Under the pieces are notes generated by a model. The model was not told where the DNA came from and did no database searches. It saw only the letters and a list, made by a program, of their open reading frames with translations. Shown one piece after another: positions 29,837 through 38,697 of a stretch of DNA of 64,000 nt. A program made the position numbers and the translations under genes. Source of the stretch: Moorena sp. SIOASIH (lineage in GTDB: Bacteria; Cyanobacteriota; Cyanobacteriia; Cyanobacteriales; Coleofasciculaceae); assembly GCF_010671925.1 (NCBI RefSeq), contig NZ_JAAHIH010000001.1, positions 549,053 to 613,052 of the forward strand, in the 5' to 3' direction. Position 1 is the stretch's first letter. Every line of letters begins with the position of its first letter.

Positions 29837-30177
29837 GTAAGCATTCAGCTATCAGCGTGTCCCGTATCAGCTATCAGCTAATGCGCTACGCGCACGCTAC
29901 TTGAGGTGCTATCAACCATTAGCCATTGGCCTGTGGCTACCGTACTTGAGGTGCTTATGGGCTATGGGCACGCTGTCTTGATGCAGTCGCTCATGGGGGA
30001 AACCACGGCAGTTGCTCATGGGGGGAACCCCCAAGACCGCACTGCCTCCCCAAGACCGTAATGGTGCGTTTTCCGTAGGCGAATTAAATTCGCCACGGGT
30101 CGCACCTCTGCATCGCTACTTGAGGTGCTTTTGAATAAAATAAGCTGACGGCTGACCGCTGATGGCTGAATGCTTAC
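29837..30177. mobile_element. MITE-like element, 341 bp, with perfect 13-bp TIRs and an 8-bp target-site duplication AGGGAAGT. It is inserted into the 3' end of a response-regulator gene.
   Basis: GTAAGCATTCAGC at 29837-29849 and GCTGAATGCTTAC at 30165-30177. AGGGAAGT occurs at 29829-29836 and 30178-30185. The interior carries the dispersed CATGAGCGACTGC / GCGGTCTTGGGG motifs. Confidence 0.8.
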
Positions 30178-30550
30178 AGGGAAGTATTCTTAACTGCTGA
30201 TTAATTGCTGCTAATAGTTCCCGACTCTCTACAGGTTTGGTTAGATAATCGTTGGCTCCCAGTTGCTTAGCTCGAGCATAGCCATCCTCCTTTGACTGAC
30301 TGCTTAGAAATATAAACGGTGTTTTCGCTGTAGTTATCCTATCCCGTAATATCTGGAGAAGCTCATACCCATCAATTGATGGTATATTAATTTCACAAAT
30401 AATTAAATCAGGTCGGACAACTTTAGCTAAAGTTAAACCGAGCCAACCGTCTTCTGCAGTAAGGACATTAAAGCCTTCTAATTCCAGTAAATCTGAGAAA
30501 TTTGAGCGCAACAGTTTATCATTTTCAATTAATAAAATTGTTTTGTTCAT
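30116..30550 (-). CDS. CheY-like single-domain response regulator. Its last 20 codons are read from the inserted MITE.
   Basis: MNKTILLIENDKLLR… with phospho-acceptor Asp context (DLIICEINIPSIDG) and the conserved KPV. The ORF track's upstream extension (MGINLDHEF…) is unlikely to be translated. Confidence 0.75.
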   Translation of the reverse strand: MNKTILLIENDKLLRSNFSDLLELEGFNVLTAEDGWLGLTLAKVVRPDLIICEINIPSIDGYELLQILRDRITTAKTPFIFLSSQSKEDGYARAKQLGANDYLTKPVESRELLAAINQQLRILPCKHSAISGQPSAYFIQKHLK

Positions 30551-30581
30551 CGCTCCAGCCTTTATAAATTCATGATCAAGA

Positions 30582-31205
30582 TTAATCCCCAACTTGCAGA
30601 ATCTGTTCTAGCAAGAGGCGATCGCTAGTTGAGCTACCGAACCATAATTTATCTTTTGCCAGAGTACTGACAGATAACCTACCATTTGGTTCAACGCTAA
30701 AATCTTGATCCAACACTAACCCTTGCTCCTGAAGCTTATTGATTGCGACAGTCATCGCTACTGCCACTAAGTCAAGTTCGGGCATCAAATAATCGGGATG
30801 ACCCAATAGCCAGTGACAAGCATCAAGGTTAGTCTCTGGTAGTCGATAAACTGCTGCGAGTAAGACTTGCTCAATATAAGTGGGACTGGGTAAAACAGTC
30901 AGAAAGTCTTTAAGAGATTTGATAAATGTTGAGTCTTGACTCTGAAAGACATCCACAGCTAATGCGATGTATGACTCATAGTCCTGGGCGTCGGTGGTAC
31001 CCATATCTCGTTCCTTGGTCAAGGGCAAACTCTTGATACCCAGGACAACTGGTGTGAACGTTTGTCTCCTCTGGTGCTCTGGGTGGTGAGGATAAGCTAA
31101 ATCGATCGTGGGACTGATCGTGGGACTCAGGGATAATTGATCCAAAGGAGTGGCGCTGGAACAATTACTGGAACTGCTACTCTTGTTTGAAAAAATGATA
31201 CCCAT
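30582..31205 (-). CDS. Hypothetical protein (Ser-rich N-terminus), co-oriented with the response regulators
   Basis: 207-aa ORF with no recognisable motif. It overlaps the downstream response-regulator ORF extension by 11 nt. Confidence 0.35.
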   Translation of the reverse strand: MGIIFSNKSSSSSNCSSATPLDQLSLSPTISPTIDLAYPHHPEHQRRQTFTPVVLGIKSLPLTKERDMGTTDAQDYESYIALAVDVFQSQDSTFIKSLKDFLTVLPSPTYIEQVLLAAVYRLPETNLDACHWLLGHPDYLMPELDLVAVAMTVAINKLQEQGLVLDQDFSVEPNGRLSVSTLAKDKLWFGSSTSDRLLLEQILQVGD

Positions 31206-31302
31206 ACCCCGAAGTTGAACCCAAGATCTATTTAACTTACCTACAAATAGAAATTAGGGCGCAAATGTGAAGATATTGTGATTAGACTTCGCGGCAGAAG
31301 TC

Positions 31303-31333
31303 AGGGAATAGGGAATAGGGAATAGGGAATAGG
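31303..31333. repeat. Heptamer repeat (GGGAATA)4
   Basis: Directly visible. Confidence 0.9.
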
Positions 31334-31566
31334 TGTCAAAATTGACTTAGAAGCTATCCAAAATGATTGCTTAGTTATTTTTGCAAGAGGTCTATTGGGT
31401 AGGGTGCTAACTTATGGCTAATCGGTAAGATATCAAAGGTGAGTGCTATGGAATCTTTTTACCTCACCCAATTGAGAACTGCGTTTGCCAGCAATTAATC
31501 CTAATCCAGTTCCTTATGATTTGCTGCCGGTTTCGGAGTTTCAATAAAATCTAGCACTCCGATAGC

Positions 31567-31947
31567 TCAATCGAGCCAATTAAGAATCCCTTGGATTTCC
31601 TCGACCAATTCCATAGGTTTAAACGGCTTGGTAATAACTCCAGTTACCCCCAAATCTAGAAACTGCTTTTGCTCGCTGCTCCTAGCTTTAGCTGTTAGCA
31701 AAATTGTTGGGATGTCCGCCGTTACTGCATTAGCTTGTAACTGTCGAAAGGTAGCCGGTCCATCCAGCTCGGGCATCATTACATCTAGCAGAATAGCATC
31801 AGGCTGATCTGCCTCAGCCTTAGCTAATCCCTCCTTACCAGAAGCAGCTGTCAACACTTCCCACCCTGCTGCTGCTTCTAGAGAAAATTGGATGATTTCT
31901 CGAACCCCATCATCATCATCAATCACTAAAATGCGCTTAGTTGTCAT
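31567..31947 (-). CDS. CheY-like single-domain response regulator. Its start overlaps the stop of the upstream histidine kinase by 11 nt.
   Basis: MTTKRILVIDDDDGVREII… with DAILLDVMMPELDG and TAKA…KP. Confidence 0.8.
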   Translation of the reverse strand: MTTKRILVIDDDDGVREIIQFSLEAAAGWEVLTAASGKEGLAKAEADQPDAILLDVMMPELDGPATFRQLQANAVTADIPTILLTAKARSSEQKQFLDLGVTGVITKPFKPMELVEEIQGILNWLD

Positions 31948-34816
31948 GGTTCTCACCTTCTGCTGCTGCTGTTTCTTTCGGTAAGGTAAAATAAAAACTG
32001 CTGCCTTCACCAACAGTACTCTCAACCCAGATTTTGCCTCCGTGCTGCTCCACTATATTACGGCAAATCGCTAACCCTAAACCCGTCCCTCCCTTTTTAC
32101 GGGCATCGGAAGCATCAACCTGTTGAAAACGCCCGAATATACTTTCAAGTTTGTCAGCCGGAATTCCCCTACCTTGGTCTTTAACGGTAAATAAGATCAT
32201 GGCACTGTTTGGGTCAGGGGGTGAGGTGGTTTCTGGTTCCTCTGGCTGTTGCAGTTCCACTGTTAACCATAGGCTAGAACCTCTGTCTGAAAATTTAATC
32301 CCATTGCTGAGTAAATTGGTTATGACTTGAATAATGCGATCGCTATCAGCCTCGAATTCAATCTCAGATTCAATAGCTTGGGGCGAGACTTCCAATTTAA
32401 TCCCAGCTCGATTAGCCATCACCTGCACCTGATCAACAGCTTTAACCATCAACTCAGCTGCATTCACTGGCTGCTTAGACAAACGGATCTTACCAGATTC
32501 CAGACGTTCCAGCTCCAAAATATCGTTAACCAGTCGCACTAAACGCTCAGCACTGTCAGCGGCAATGCCAATTACACGCTGTCCTCGTTCAGACTGAGGT
32601 TGAATTAGACCAGTTGATAACAGGTTCAAGGCACCATGAATTGAGGTTAGGGGGGTACGGAGTTCGTGGCTGACCACGGAGGTGAATTCATCTTTCATCC
32701 GTTCAATAGCGTAGCGCTCGGTAATATCTTCCCCAATACTCATGGTGCCAATTGCCTCTCCCTGGACATTTTGGAGTAGAGTATTATTCCAAGCAATGAT
32801 TTTTTCTTGCTTTGACTTGGTGAGAATCGAGTGCTGATAGTGGGGTTGAAAGTCTGGATCTAGGATGTCCTGGAAGTATTGCTGTACTGACTTTTGCTGG
32901 GAATTGGGCAGGAAGTTTTCAAACCAGTCCTTGCCTAAAACTTCTGCTTCTGTGTACTTAGTCAATTCTAGGAAGAAGGGATTGACATACTCCACTTTAC
33001 CCTGTCGGTCTAGTCCCACCACCACCAGTCGCACATGTTCGAGAAGGCTGCGCCACCGTCGCTCTGATTCCTGTAAGCTAGCAATTAACTGGGTACGTTC
33101 TTGTTCAAATCGTTTACGTGAAGTAATATCTCGCTGCAACACTAAGATATAGCTAATGTTTCCTTGAGTATCATGAACCACTGAACAAGAGTAGTCTGTG
33201 GTAAGAATTGTCCCATTTTTGCAGACAAACTCAATTTCTTGACGATAGGTTCCCTGCTCCAGTAAAACTGGAAACTGTTGCTGGCAAATGTTTTGGTATG
33301 TGGGGGTAAAGAACTCTTCTAAGCGATTACCGATCAATTCTGATTCAGCATAACCTGACTGGTGGATGACAGCCGGGTTCACTTGCTCAATCATGCCCTG
33401 AGTATCTAATATATGGATAAAATCTGGGGCAGATTCAAACAACGAACGGAATCGTTGTTCGCTTTCGAGTAAAGCAGCTGTGCGCTGTTGAACCCTAATT
33501 TCTAATTCTCGATTGAGTTGTTGTAATTCTCGATTGAGTTGTTGCAGTTGAGCTTCTTGCTGTTTACGCTCCGTGATATCCGTAGTGATGCCGTGAAGAT
33601 GTACAGAGGTGCCATTATCACGCCTAACCACACGAGCGCGATCGTTCAGCCAGCGAATTTCTCCATTACTGAGCTGAATTCTATATTCTAAATCCCACGA
33701 TTCACGACGATTTTCTTGAACAGCTCGCCATGCTTTCTCAACATGCTCAAAATCTTCTGGGACAATAAACTGTCGCCATAGGTTGTCTTGATCGCTGAAT
33801 AGCTCGAAAGTTGGGCGACCGTAAACTTGCTCGAAGGCTAAATTAACATAGCGCAGTATCCCAGAAGGCAGTGATACTGACCACACCACGTCTTGAAGAG
33901 AACTCATAATTGCTCGGAGCCGCTCTTCGTTGGACTTAAGTGCCTTTTCATTTTCTTGAAATGCTTCTTCTGTCTGCTTGCGTACGCTAATATCCGTAAT
34001 TGAGCCAACCACCCGCACTGCATCACCTGCTTCATTCCAAAGTGCTTGTCCCTGGTCAAGAATCCATTTGTAGCTGCCGTCGTTGCACTGTAAGCGATAC
34101 TCTTGAACGTAATAGGGGGTTTTCTGAGCCAAGTGATCCTTCATGGCTTTTATCACCTGGTCTACATCATCGCGATGAATGTGTGTCCGCCATTGATGGT
34201 TATAGTTTCCGATGTCGTAGTTTTCATCATACCCCAGCATTTCCTTACATCGGCTGGAGAAAAAGGTTTCATTGGTTTTGGGGTTCCAGTCCCAAATTCC
34301 CTGATTAGCTCCCTGTAGTGCCAATTGCCAGCGTTGCTCACGTTTTCGTAAGGATTGCTCTGCCAAAATACGCTCTTCAATTTGAGATTTTAGCTCCTGG
34401 TTGAGCTGCTCAAGCCTAGCCAGACTGGGAAAAGCGAGGACTCGAGGTAGAACAGAGAATAAATTTATGGCAGTGTAGACAGAAACTATAGCTGTAATTG
34501 CTTTAATAGAGCCTGATAGCCAGTAAGCTGGATACCAAAGCGTCCATAGTTCCATCAGGTGAGTGGTGCCAGAGGCAATAATCAACGCCCCAAACAAAAT
34601 CAAGAGTCCCTTGAAAGGCAGATCCTGCCGCTGCCTAATCAAGTACACTAGCAGTATGGGAATCACATAGTAGGCTAGGGTAATTAGGGAATCACTGATC
34701 AGGTGCAGCCAGATCAAGTTAGGCTGCTGGAGGTAGCAGTTGCCTTGGAGAATAAACGTTTCGGCAAATAGGAGATAGTCAAAGAAATTGATCATAATTA
34801 GGTTGACAATTGACAT
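31937..34816 (-). CDS. Hybrid-type sensor histidine kinase: N-terminal ethylene-receptor (ETR1)-like three-helix membrane domain, multiple PAS/PAC domains, HisKA and HATPase_c
   Basis: The N-terminus …ISDSLITLAYYVIPILLVYLIRQ…FGALIIASGTTHLMELWTL…AITAIVSVYTAINLFSVLP aligns with the ETR1 ethylene-binding domain. The H-box is EFTSVVSHELRTPLTSI, followed by a G-box region. Confidence 0.75.
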   Translation of the reverse strand: MSIVNLIMINFFDYLLFAETFILQGNCYLQQPNLIWLHLISDSLITLAYYVIPILLVYLIRQRQDLPFKGLLILFGALIIASGTTHLMELWTLWYPAYWLSGSIKAITAIVSVYTAINLFSVLPRVLAFPSLARLEQLNQELKSQIEERILAEQSLRKREQRWQLALQGANQGIWDWNPKTNETFFSSRCKEMLGYDENYDIGNYNHQWRTHIHRDDVDQVIKAMKDHLAQKTPYYVQEYRLQCNDGSYKWILDQGQALWNEAGDAVRVVGSITDISVRKQTEEAFQENEKALKSNEERLRAIMSSLQDVVWSVSLPSGILRYVNLAFEQVYGRPTFELFSDQDNLWRQFIVPEDFEHVEKAWRAVQENRRESWDLEYRIQLSNGEIRWLNDRARVVRRDNGTSVHLHGITTDITERKQQEAQLQQLNRELQQLNRELEIRVQQRTAALLESEQRFRSLFESAPDFIHILDTQGMIEQVNPAVIHQSGYAESELIGNRLEEFFTPTYQNICQQQFPVLLEQGTYRQEIEFVCKNGTILTTDYSCSVVHDTQGNISYILVLQRDITSRKRFEQERTQLIASLQESERRWRSLLEHVRLVVVGLDRQGKVEYVNPFFLELTKYTEAEVLGKDWFENFLPNSQQKSVQQYFQDILDPDFQPHYQHSILTKSKQEKIIAWNNTLLQNVQGEAIGTMSIGEDITERYAIERMKDEFTSVVSHELRTPLTSIHGALNLLSTGLIQPQSERGQRVIGIAADSAERLVRLVNDILELERLESGKIRLSKQPVNAAELMVKAVDQVQVMANRAGIKLEVSPQAIESEIEFEADSDRIIQVITNLLSNGIKFSDRGSSLWLTVELQQPEEPETTSPPDPNSAMILFTVKDQGRGIPADKLESIFGRFQQVDASDARKKGGTGLGLAICRNIVEQHGGKIWVESTVGEGSSFYFTLPKETAAAEGENHDN

Positions 34817-35423
34817 GATTGCTGACAGTCAACCGTTAACCATCAACTGTGAATAAAATGTGATCAACTCTACTATGTCCGATCTCTAAATTCTATGTCC
34901 AGTGGCATACTCCTACACTGACTCTGCTCTTACAGAGCCGCTCCGGGAACGAGTGAGCGTGTAGGCTTGAAGCCAACTCCACCCAACGGTATCGGCTTTC
35001 GCCGACGCTGCGCGAACGGATACGTAGGCTTGCTTTATTAACGACACGGTCAGAAGTTACCCCAGCGAGCAATCCCTCGCTGGGGCAGCCTTTATGGTTA
35101 GTCGGTTATGCGTAAAGAGTTAAAACTTTATGATTAAGGCCAGAGACGAATTCTTAGGATAGGGTCGCCTTTATAGTTTGTAGGTCATGCAAAATAGGGT
35201 TAAGTCTCTTGTAATAAGGCGACCCTATCCTTACGGAGACTTCAAACCCTATTCTAAGGTTTCGTCTCCGGGATGCCCCGACCCGCCGGAACAATACAAA
35301 AATTCGATTTTTTCCCTAGTAAATAGCTGACAAACCAGCATTTAAGGCCGTAGGCCACGCGGGGCGCGTTCGGCTTTGTTTATCAGTAGATATATTATAG
35401 CAATTCCATACATACTCTGTGCA

Positions 35424-35472
35424 AAATCCATCCCACACCTAATGCGCAGCATAGGTGTGGGATGAATTTTGC
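35424..35472. mobile_element. Orphan IS200/IS605-end-like palindrome (CAAAATCCATCCCACACCT…AGGTGTGGGATGAATTTTG)
   Basis: Its arms share CAAAAT[TC]CATCCCAC…GTGGGATGAATTTTG with the IS end at 27286-27335. No transposase is adjacent. Confidence 0.5.
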
Positions 35473-35497
35473 CGGACAGCTAACTGACCAGAGTTAT

Positions 35498-37480
35498 TTA
35501 TTTATCTGACAACATTTGATTCTTCTGTGCTATCGTTCTTATCCTTAGTTTACTGCGCTCAATGCGATTCAACACCCGAGCTAATAGCTCCGGTGCCCTG
35601 ATTGGTTTTTGTACGTAATCATCTGCCCCTGCCATAAACACTTGCTGCACAGTTTCAGCATCTTGAACAGCTGATAGAAACAGCACGGGTAACTCACCCC
35701 AGCGAGGGTCATTGCGTACCACCTGGCACAGGTCAATACCGCTAAACTCCGGCATTTCCACATCCAAAATCAGTAAATCTGGACTACACTGCTCTATGGT
35801 TTCCCAGAACTGTTGTGGATCGTTTAGCAAAGTCAATTCAAATCCCCAAGGTTCTAGCACAGTGCGTAGCTGATCCAGGATTTGAGGGTCATCGTCAACA
35901 ATCAATAGCTTTGCCTGTGGTGGACCGGATTGTTGCAACGCTTTAGCGATCGCAGCCATGACCTTTTGAGGTGCTACAGGCTTCTGAAGAAAACCCCTTC
36001 CTCCCAAACGAGCCACTCTGACTCGTTCAGCAAAACTCTCTTGAGCCGTAAATACTACCACAGGTACAGGGGGCTCAGTTGTTTTCAGTTCTTCTAACAG
36101 CTCGAAACCATTTCCCGCTGATTCAGGAAAACACAAGTCTAGTAGTACCACATCGGGGCGGTTACCAGCAATTGCTTTTCTCCCTTGAGATATATCACCC
36201 GCCACCTCAACCTGAATTTTCCAGGCTGCTAGCTCTGATGCCAACCCTTGCGCTAGTGTTAAATCATCATCCACAATCAGTAGTCGTGGGGAGTGGGGAA
36301 TCGGGAATCGGGAGTAGGAAGTGGGTAGTGGTTGACTTTGAGTAGGTTTTGGAAGGTTATCCTCGGTCTCTAGTTCTTGTCGTAGTTCTACCACTAGTTG
36401 AGACAGATGTGCTATAGTCTCTTTGCTAGCTTTTTTCCCAGATTGCAATATCTCCTCAATTTCACGGGATTTGAGAGAGGCTTGATCAAATCCAAAGCTA
36501 CCGAGGGAACCGGCTAGGGTGTGTGCCTCCCGTAAAGCCTCCTGTCGCAACTTTCCGGTAAGATTACCATCTCGCCAATCCGTCACCGCCTGCTCCAATA
36601 CATTGACCCGCTTGATATACTTTGACTTCTGCTGCTGCCAAATGGCACTTAATCCTGATTGCTTTGGTTCTTCGGATTGAGCATTAGGGACTGGGGAAAG
36701 GGAACTATCACTCTTGACCTTTGAGTGTTTCAGGTTAGATGGGGTCTTTTTCCCGGCTTTTTTGCCTTTGTTTTTCTCAGTCTTTGTTTGACCTGAACCT
36801 TTCTCAGGCGGTTGTCTGAGCCGATAACCCAAGCCATAGACGGTTTCAATTAAATCATTTTTGGCTCCAGCTTCCTTGAGTTTCCGCCGTAAACTTTTGA
36901 TATGAGCTCTAACGGCATTTTCTGTAGGGGGTTCTTCAAAAGACCAGAGATTATCTAGCAGGAAACTTTGGCTAAAGATGCGGTGGGGATTCCGTAAAAA
37001 CAGCTCTACTAGACCATACTCCTTAGGTGTCAGATGTAATAGTTCCTGATCGTAGCTGACCTGGCAGTTACTGGGGTCAAGGTGCAGTAATCCCCACTCA
37101 AGCACCGGGAGTAGGGGGGTGCTGCTGCGGCGCAGCACTGCTCGAATTCTGGCTAATAATTCAGGTATGTCTAAGGGCTTGACTAAATAATCATCCGCTC
37201 CTGCGTCTAAAGCTTCGACTTTGTTAGTGCTGGTGTCTTGGGCAGTGAGCAGTATAATCGGAGTGCGATCGCGTGCGTTTCGCAGCTGCTTGCACAAATC
37301 AATCCCCGTGAGCCTGGGGAGCATCCAATCTAGCAAAATCAAGTCATACTTAAATATCTCTGCTAGTGCTATCCCCTCATCCCCATCTGTAGCTAGATCA
37401 ACCTGATAATGTTGACTAGCTAGCGCTGCCGTTACCACTTTGGCAATACCTTCATCGTCTTCTACTAGCAGGATTCTCAC
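35498..37480 (-). CDS. Multi-domain response regulator: REC, OmpR-type winged helix, HPt-like domain, REC, REC
   Basis: REC1 is MRILLVEDDEGI…DLILLDWMLP. The wHTH is …LTPKEYGLVELFLRNP…VYGLGYRL. HPt-like is EALREAHTLAGSLGSFGF. REC2 is LLIVDDDLTLAQ. REC3 is KLLIVDDDPQIL…LILDVEMP. Confidence 0.75.
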   Translation of the reverse strand: MRILLVEDDEGIAKVVTAALASQHYQVDLATDGDEGIALAEIFKYDLILLDWMLPRLTGIDLCKQLRNARDRTPIILLTAQDTSTNKVEALDAGADDYLVKPLDIPELLARIRAVLRRSSTPLLPVLEWGLLHLDPSNCQVSYDQELLHLTPKEYGLVELFLRNPHRIFSQSFLLDNLWSFEEPPTENAVRAHIKSLRRKLKEAGAKNDLIETVYGLGYRLRQPPEKGSGQTKTEKNKGKKAGKKTPSNLKHSKVKSDSSLSPVPNAQSEEPKQSGLSAIWQQQKSKYIKRVNVLEQAVTDWRDGNLTGKLRQEALREAHTLAGSLGSFGFDQASLKSREIEEILQSGKKASKETIAHLSQLVVELRQELETEDNLPKPTQSQPLPTSYSRFPIPHSPRLLIVDDDLTLAQGLASELAAWKIQVEVAGDISQGRKAIAGNRPDVVLLDLCFPESAGNGFELLEELKTTEPPVPVVVFTAQESFAERVRVARLGGRGFLQKPVAPQKVMAAIAKALQQSGPPQAKLLIVDDDPQILDQLRTVLEPWGFELTLLNDPQQFWETIEQCSPDLLILDVEMPEFSGIDLCQVVRNDPRWGELPVLFLSAVQDAETVQQVFMAGADDYVQKPIRAPELLARVLNRIERSKLRIRTIAQKNQMLSDK

Positions 37481-37611
37481 GAGGACCTAACAGCTCCAGC
37501 ACCAAGGGGATAGGTTAGTTTCTAGATTATCTATATAGAGATTAGATAAATAGTCATGACTTCGCCCAAATTCACAAAAATTTAGACGAAGTTTCAGGCT
37601 TTTGACTTAGT

Positions 37612-38046
37612 TTAGCCCATGGCTGCCAAGATATCTTGAGCGTGGGTAGCCGTTTTTACGGTCTCATCAACGTGAGTAATTTTGCCTTCGCCGTTGATAA
37701 TGTAGGTTACCCGCTTGGAGTAACCCCCACCATCAACATCATAAGCCTTGCTAATTGCGCCATCCGTATCCGCTAGCAGGGTGAAAGGCAGACCATACTT
37801 TTCCTTAAATTGTTTGTGGGATGCCTCATCATCCATACTGACCCCAAGTACCACCATGTCTTTACCTTGATACTCAGTGTAGTTATCCCGAAAGCTTTGG
37901 GCTTCCTTGGTGCATCCTGGAGTATCGTCTTTGGGGTAAAAATAAAGCACTACAGTTTTACCCCCAAAGTCGGACAGTGAAACGGTATTGCCTTCGTCGT
38001 CTTTGACAGTAAATGCTGGTGCATCCATGCCAACTTGAAGAGCCAT
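37612..38046 (-). CDS. bcp: Thiol peroxidase / peroxiredoxin, Bcp (PrxQ) type
   Basis: 144 aa with the active-site motif FYPKDDTPGCTKEA. Confidence 0.85.
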   Translation of the reverse strand: MALQVGMDAPAFTVKDDEGNTVSLSDFGGKTVVLYFYPKDDTPGCTKEAQSFRDNYTEYQGKDMVVLGVSMDDEASHKQFKEKYGLPFTLLADTDGAISKAYDVDGGGYSKRVTYIINGEGKITHVDETVKTATHAQDILAAMG

Positions 38047-38209
38047 AACTTTTGTTTCCTATAGAAATATACTGAACTTATGTATAAAGTTTACACTAAT
38101 AGGACTTACGTATTAAAGAACCATTATACATAAGCACCTTTAAAGTCTGTCAAAAAACCCTTAATATAGAAAGAAAAGGCGGTCAGTATAGTTCTGAGAT
38201 TTAGTAACT

Positions 38210-38626
38210 GTGGCAAGAACTTCAATTCAGTCTCAAGGTAGCCAGCCTATTCAATATCCTGACCGAACTACTAAGCGTGCAGAGCAAGCAATGCGCTGTT
38301 TGCCATTCCAAATGCCTCTATTGGCAGCGATGCGTTCTAGCAGTGTTCCACTCTTATCTATAGTAGGTCTTGAAGGTGTGGAGAGAAACTACACAACGCG
38401 CCCTAGGTCGGAATTGGCAGTAGAAAACGATTTAATGTGGTTGATTCAAGTGGGTGTATTACGTAGAGAAGTAGACGGTCAGGGAATTACGGATAGTTTT
38501 CGATTGACACCTTTGGGTCGTCAGTTGTTAGAAAAGTGGGAACGGCTTGGAGAAACCTTACCTCCACCCTCATTATCAGACCGACTCCATCATACCTTGA
38601 ATCGCTGGCTAAGATTGTCGGTTTAA
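38210..38626 (+). CDS. Conserved cyanobacterial hypothetical protein
   Basis: 138-aa ORF with no recognisable catalytic motif. Confidence 0.4.
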   Translation: MARTSIQSQGSQPIQYPDRTTKRAEQAMRCLPFQMPLLAAMRSSSVPLLSIVGLEGVERNYTTRPRSELAVENDLMWLIQVGVLRREVDGQGITDSFRLTPLGRQLLEKWERLGETLPPPSLSDRLHHTLNRWLRLSV

Positions 38627-38697
38627 ATCAAGTTGGTGACAGGGTGATATCTCCATTTATTTCATCTAGGCTAGTTCTGACGCCCTAACCCTGAATT

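Noticed and set aside
30582-31205. Assigning the 207-aa protein to a known family (for example DUF3685 or a PatA-type N-domain)
   Set aside because: I could not recognise a diagnostic motif. It is kept as a hypothetical protein.
38627-38697. Cobalamin riboswitch upstream of cobQ, and preQ1 riboswitch upstream of queF
   Set aside because: The upstream gaps are only 70 nt and 14 nt respectively. That is too short for either aptamer, and no B12-box or preQ1 consensus is visible.
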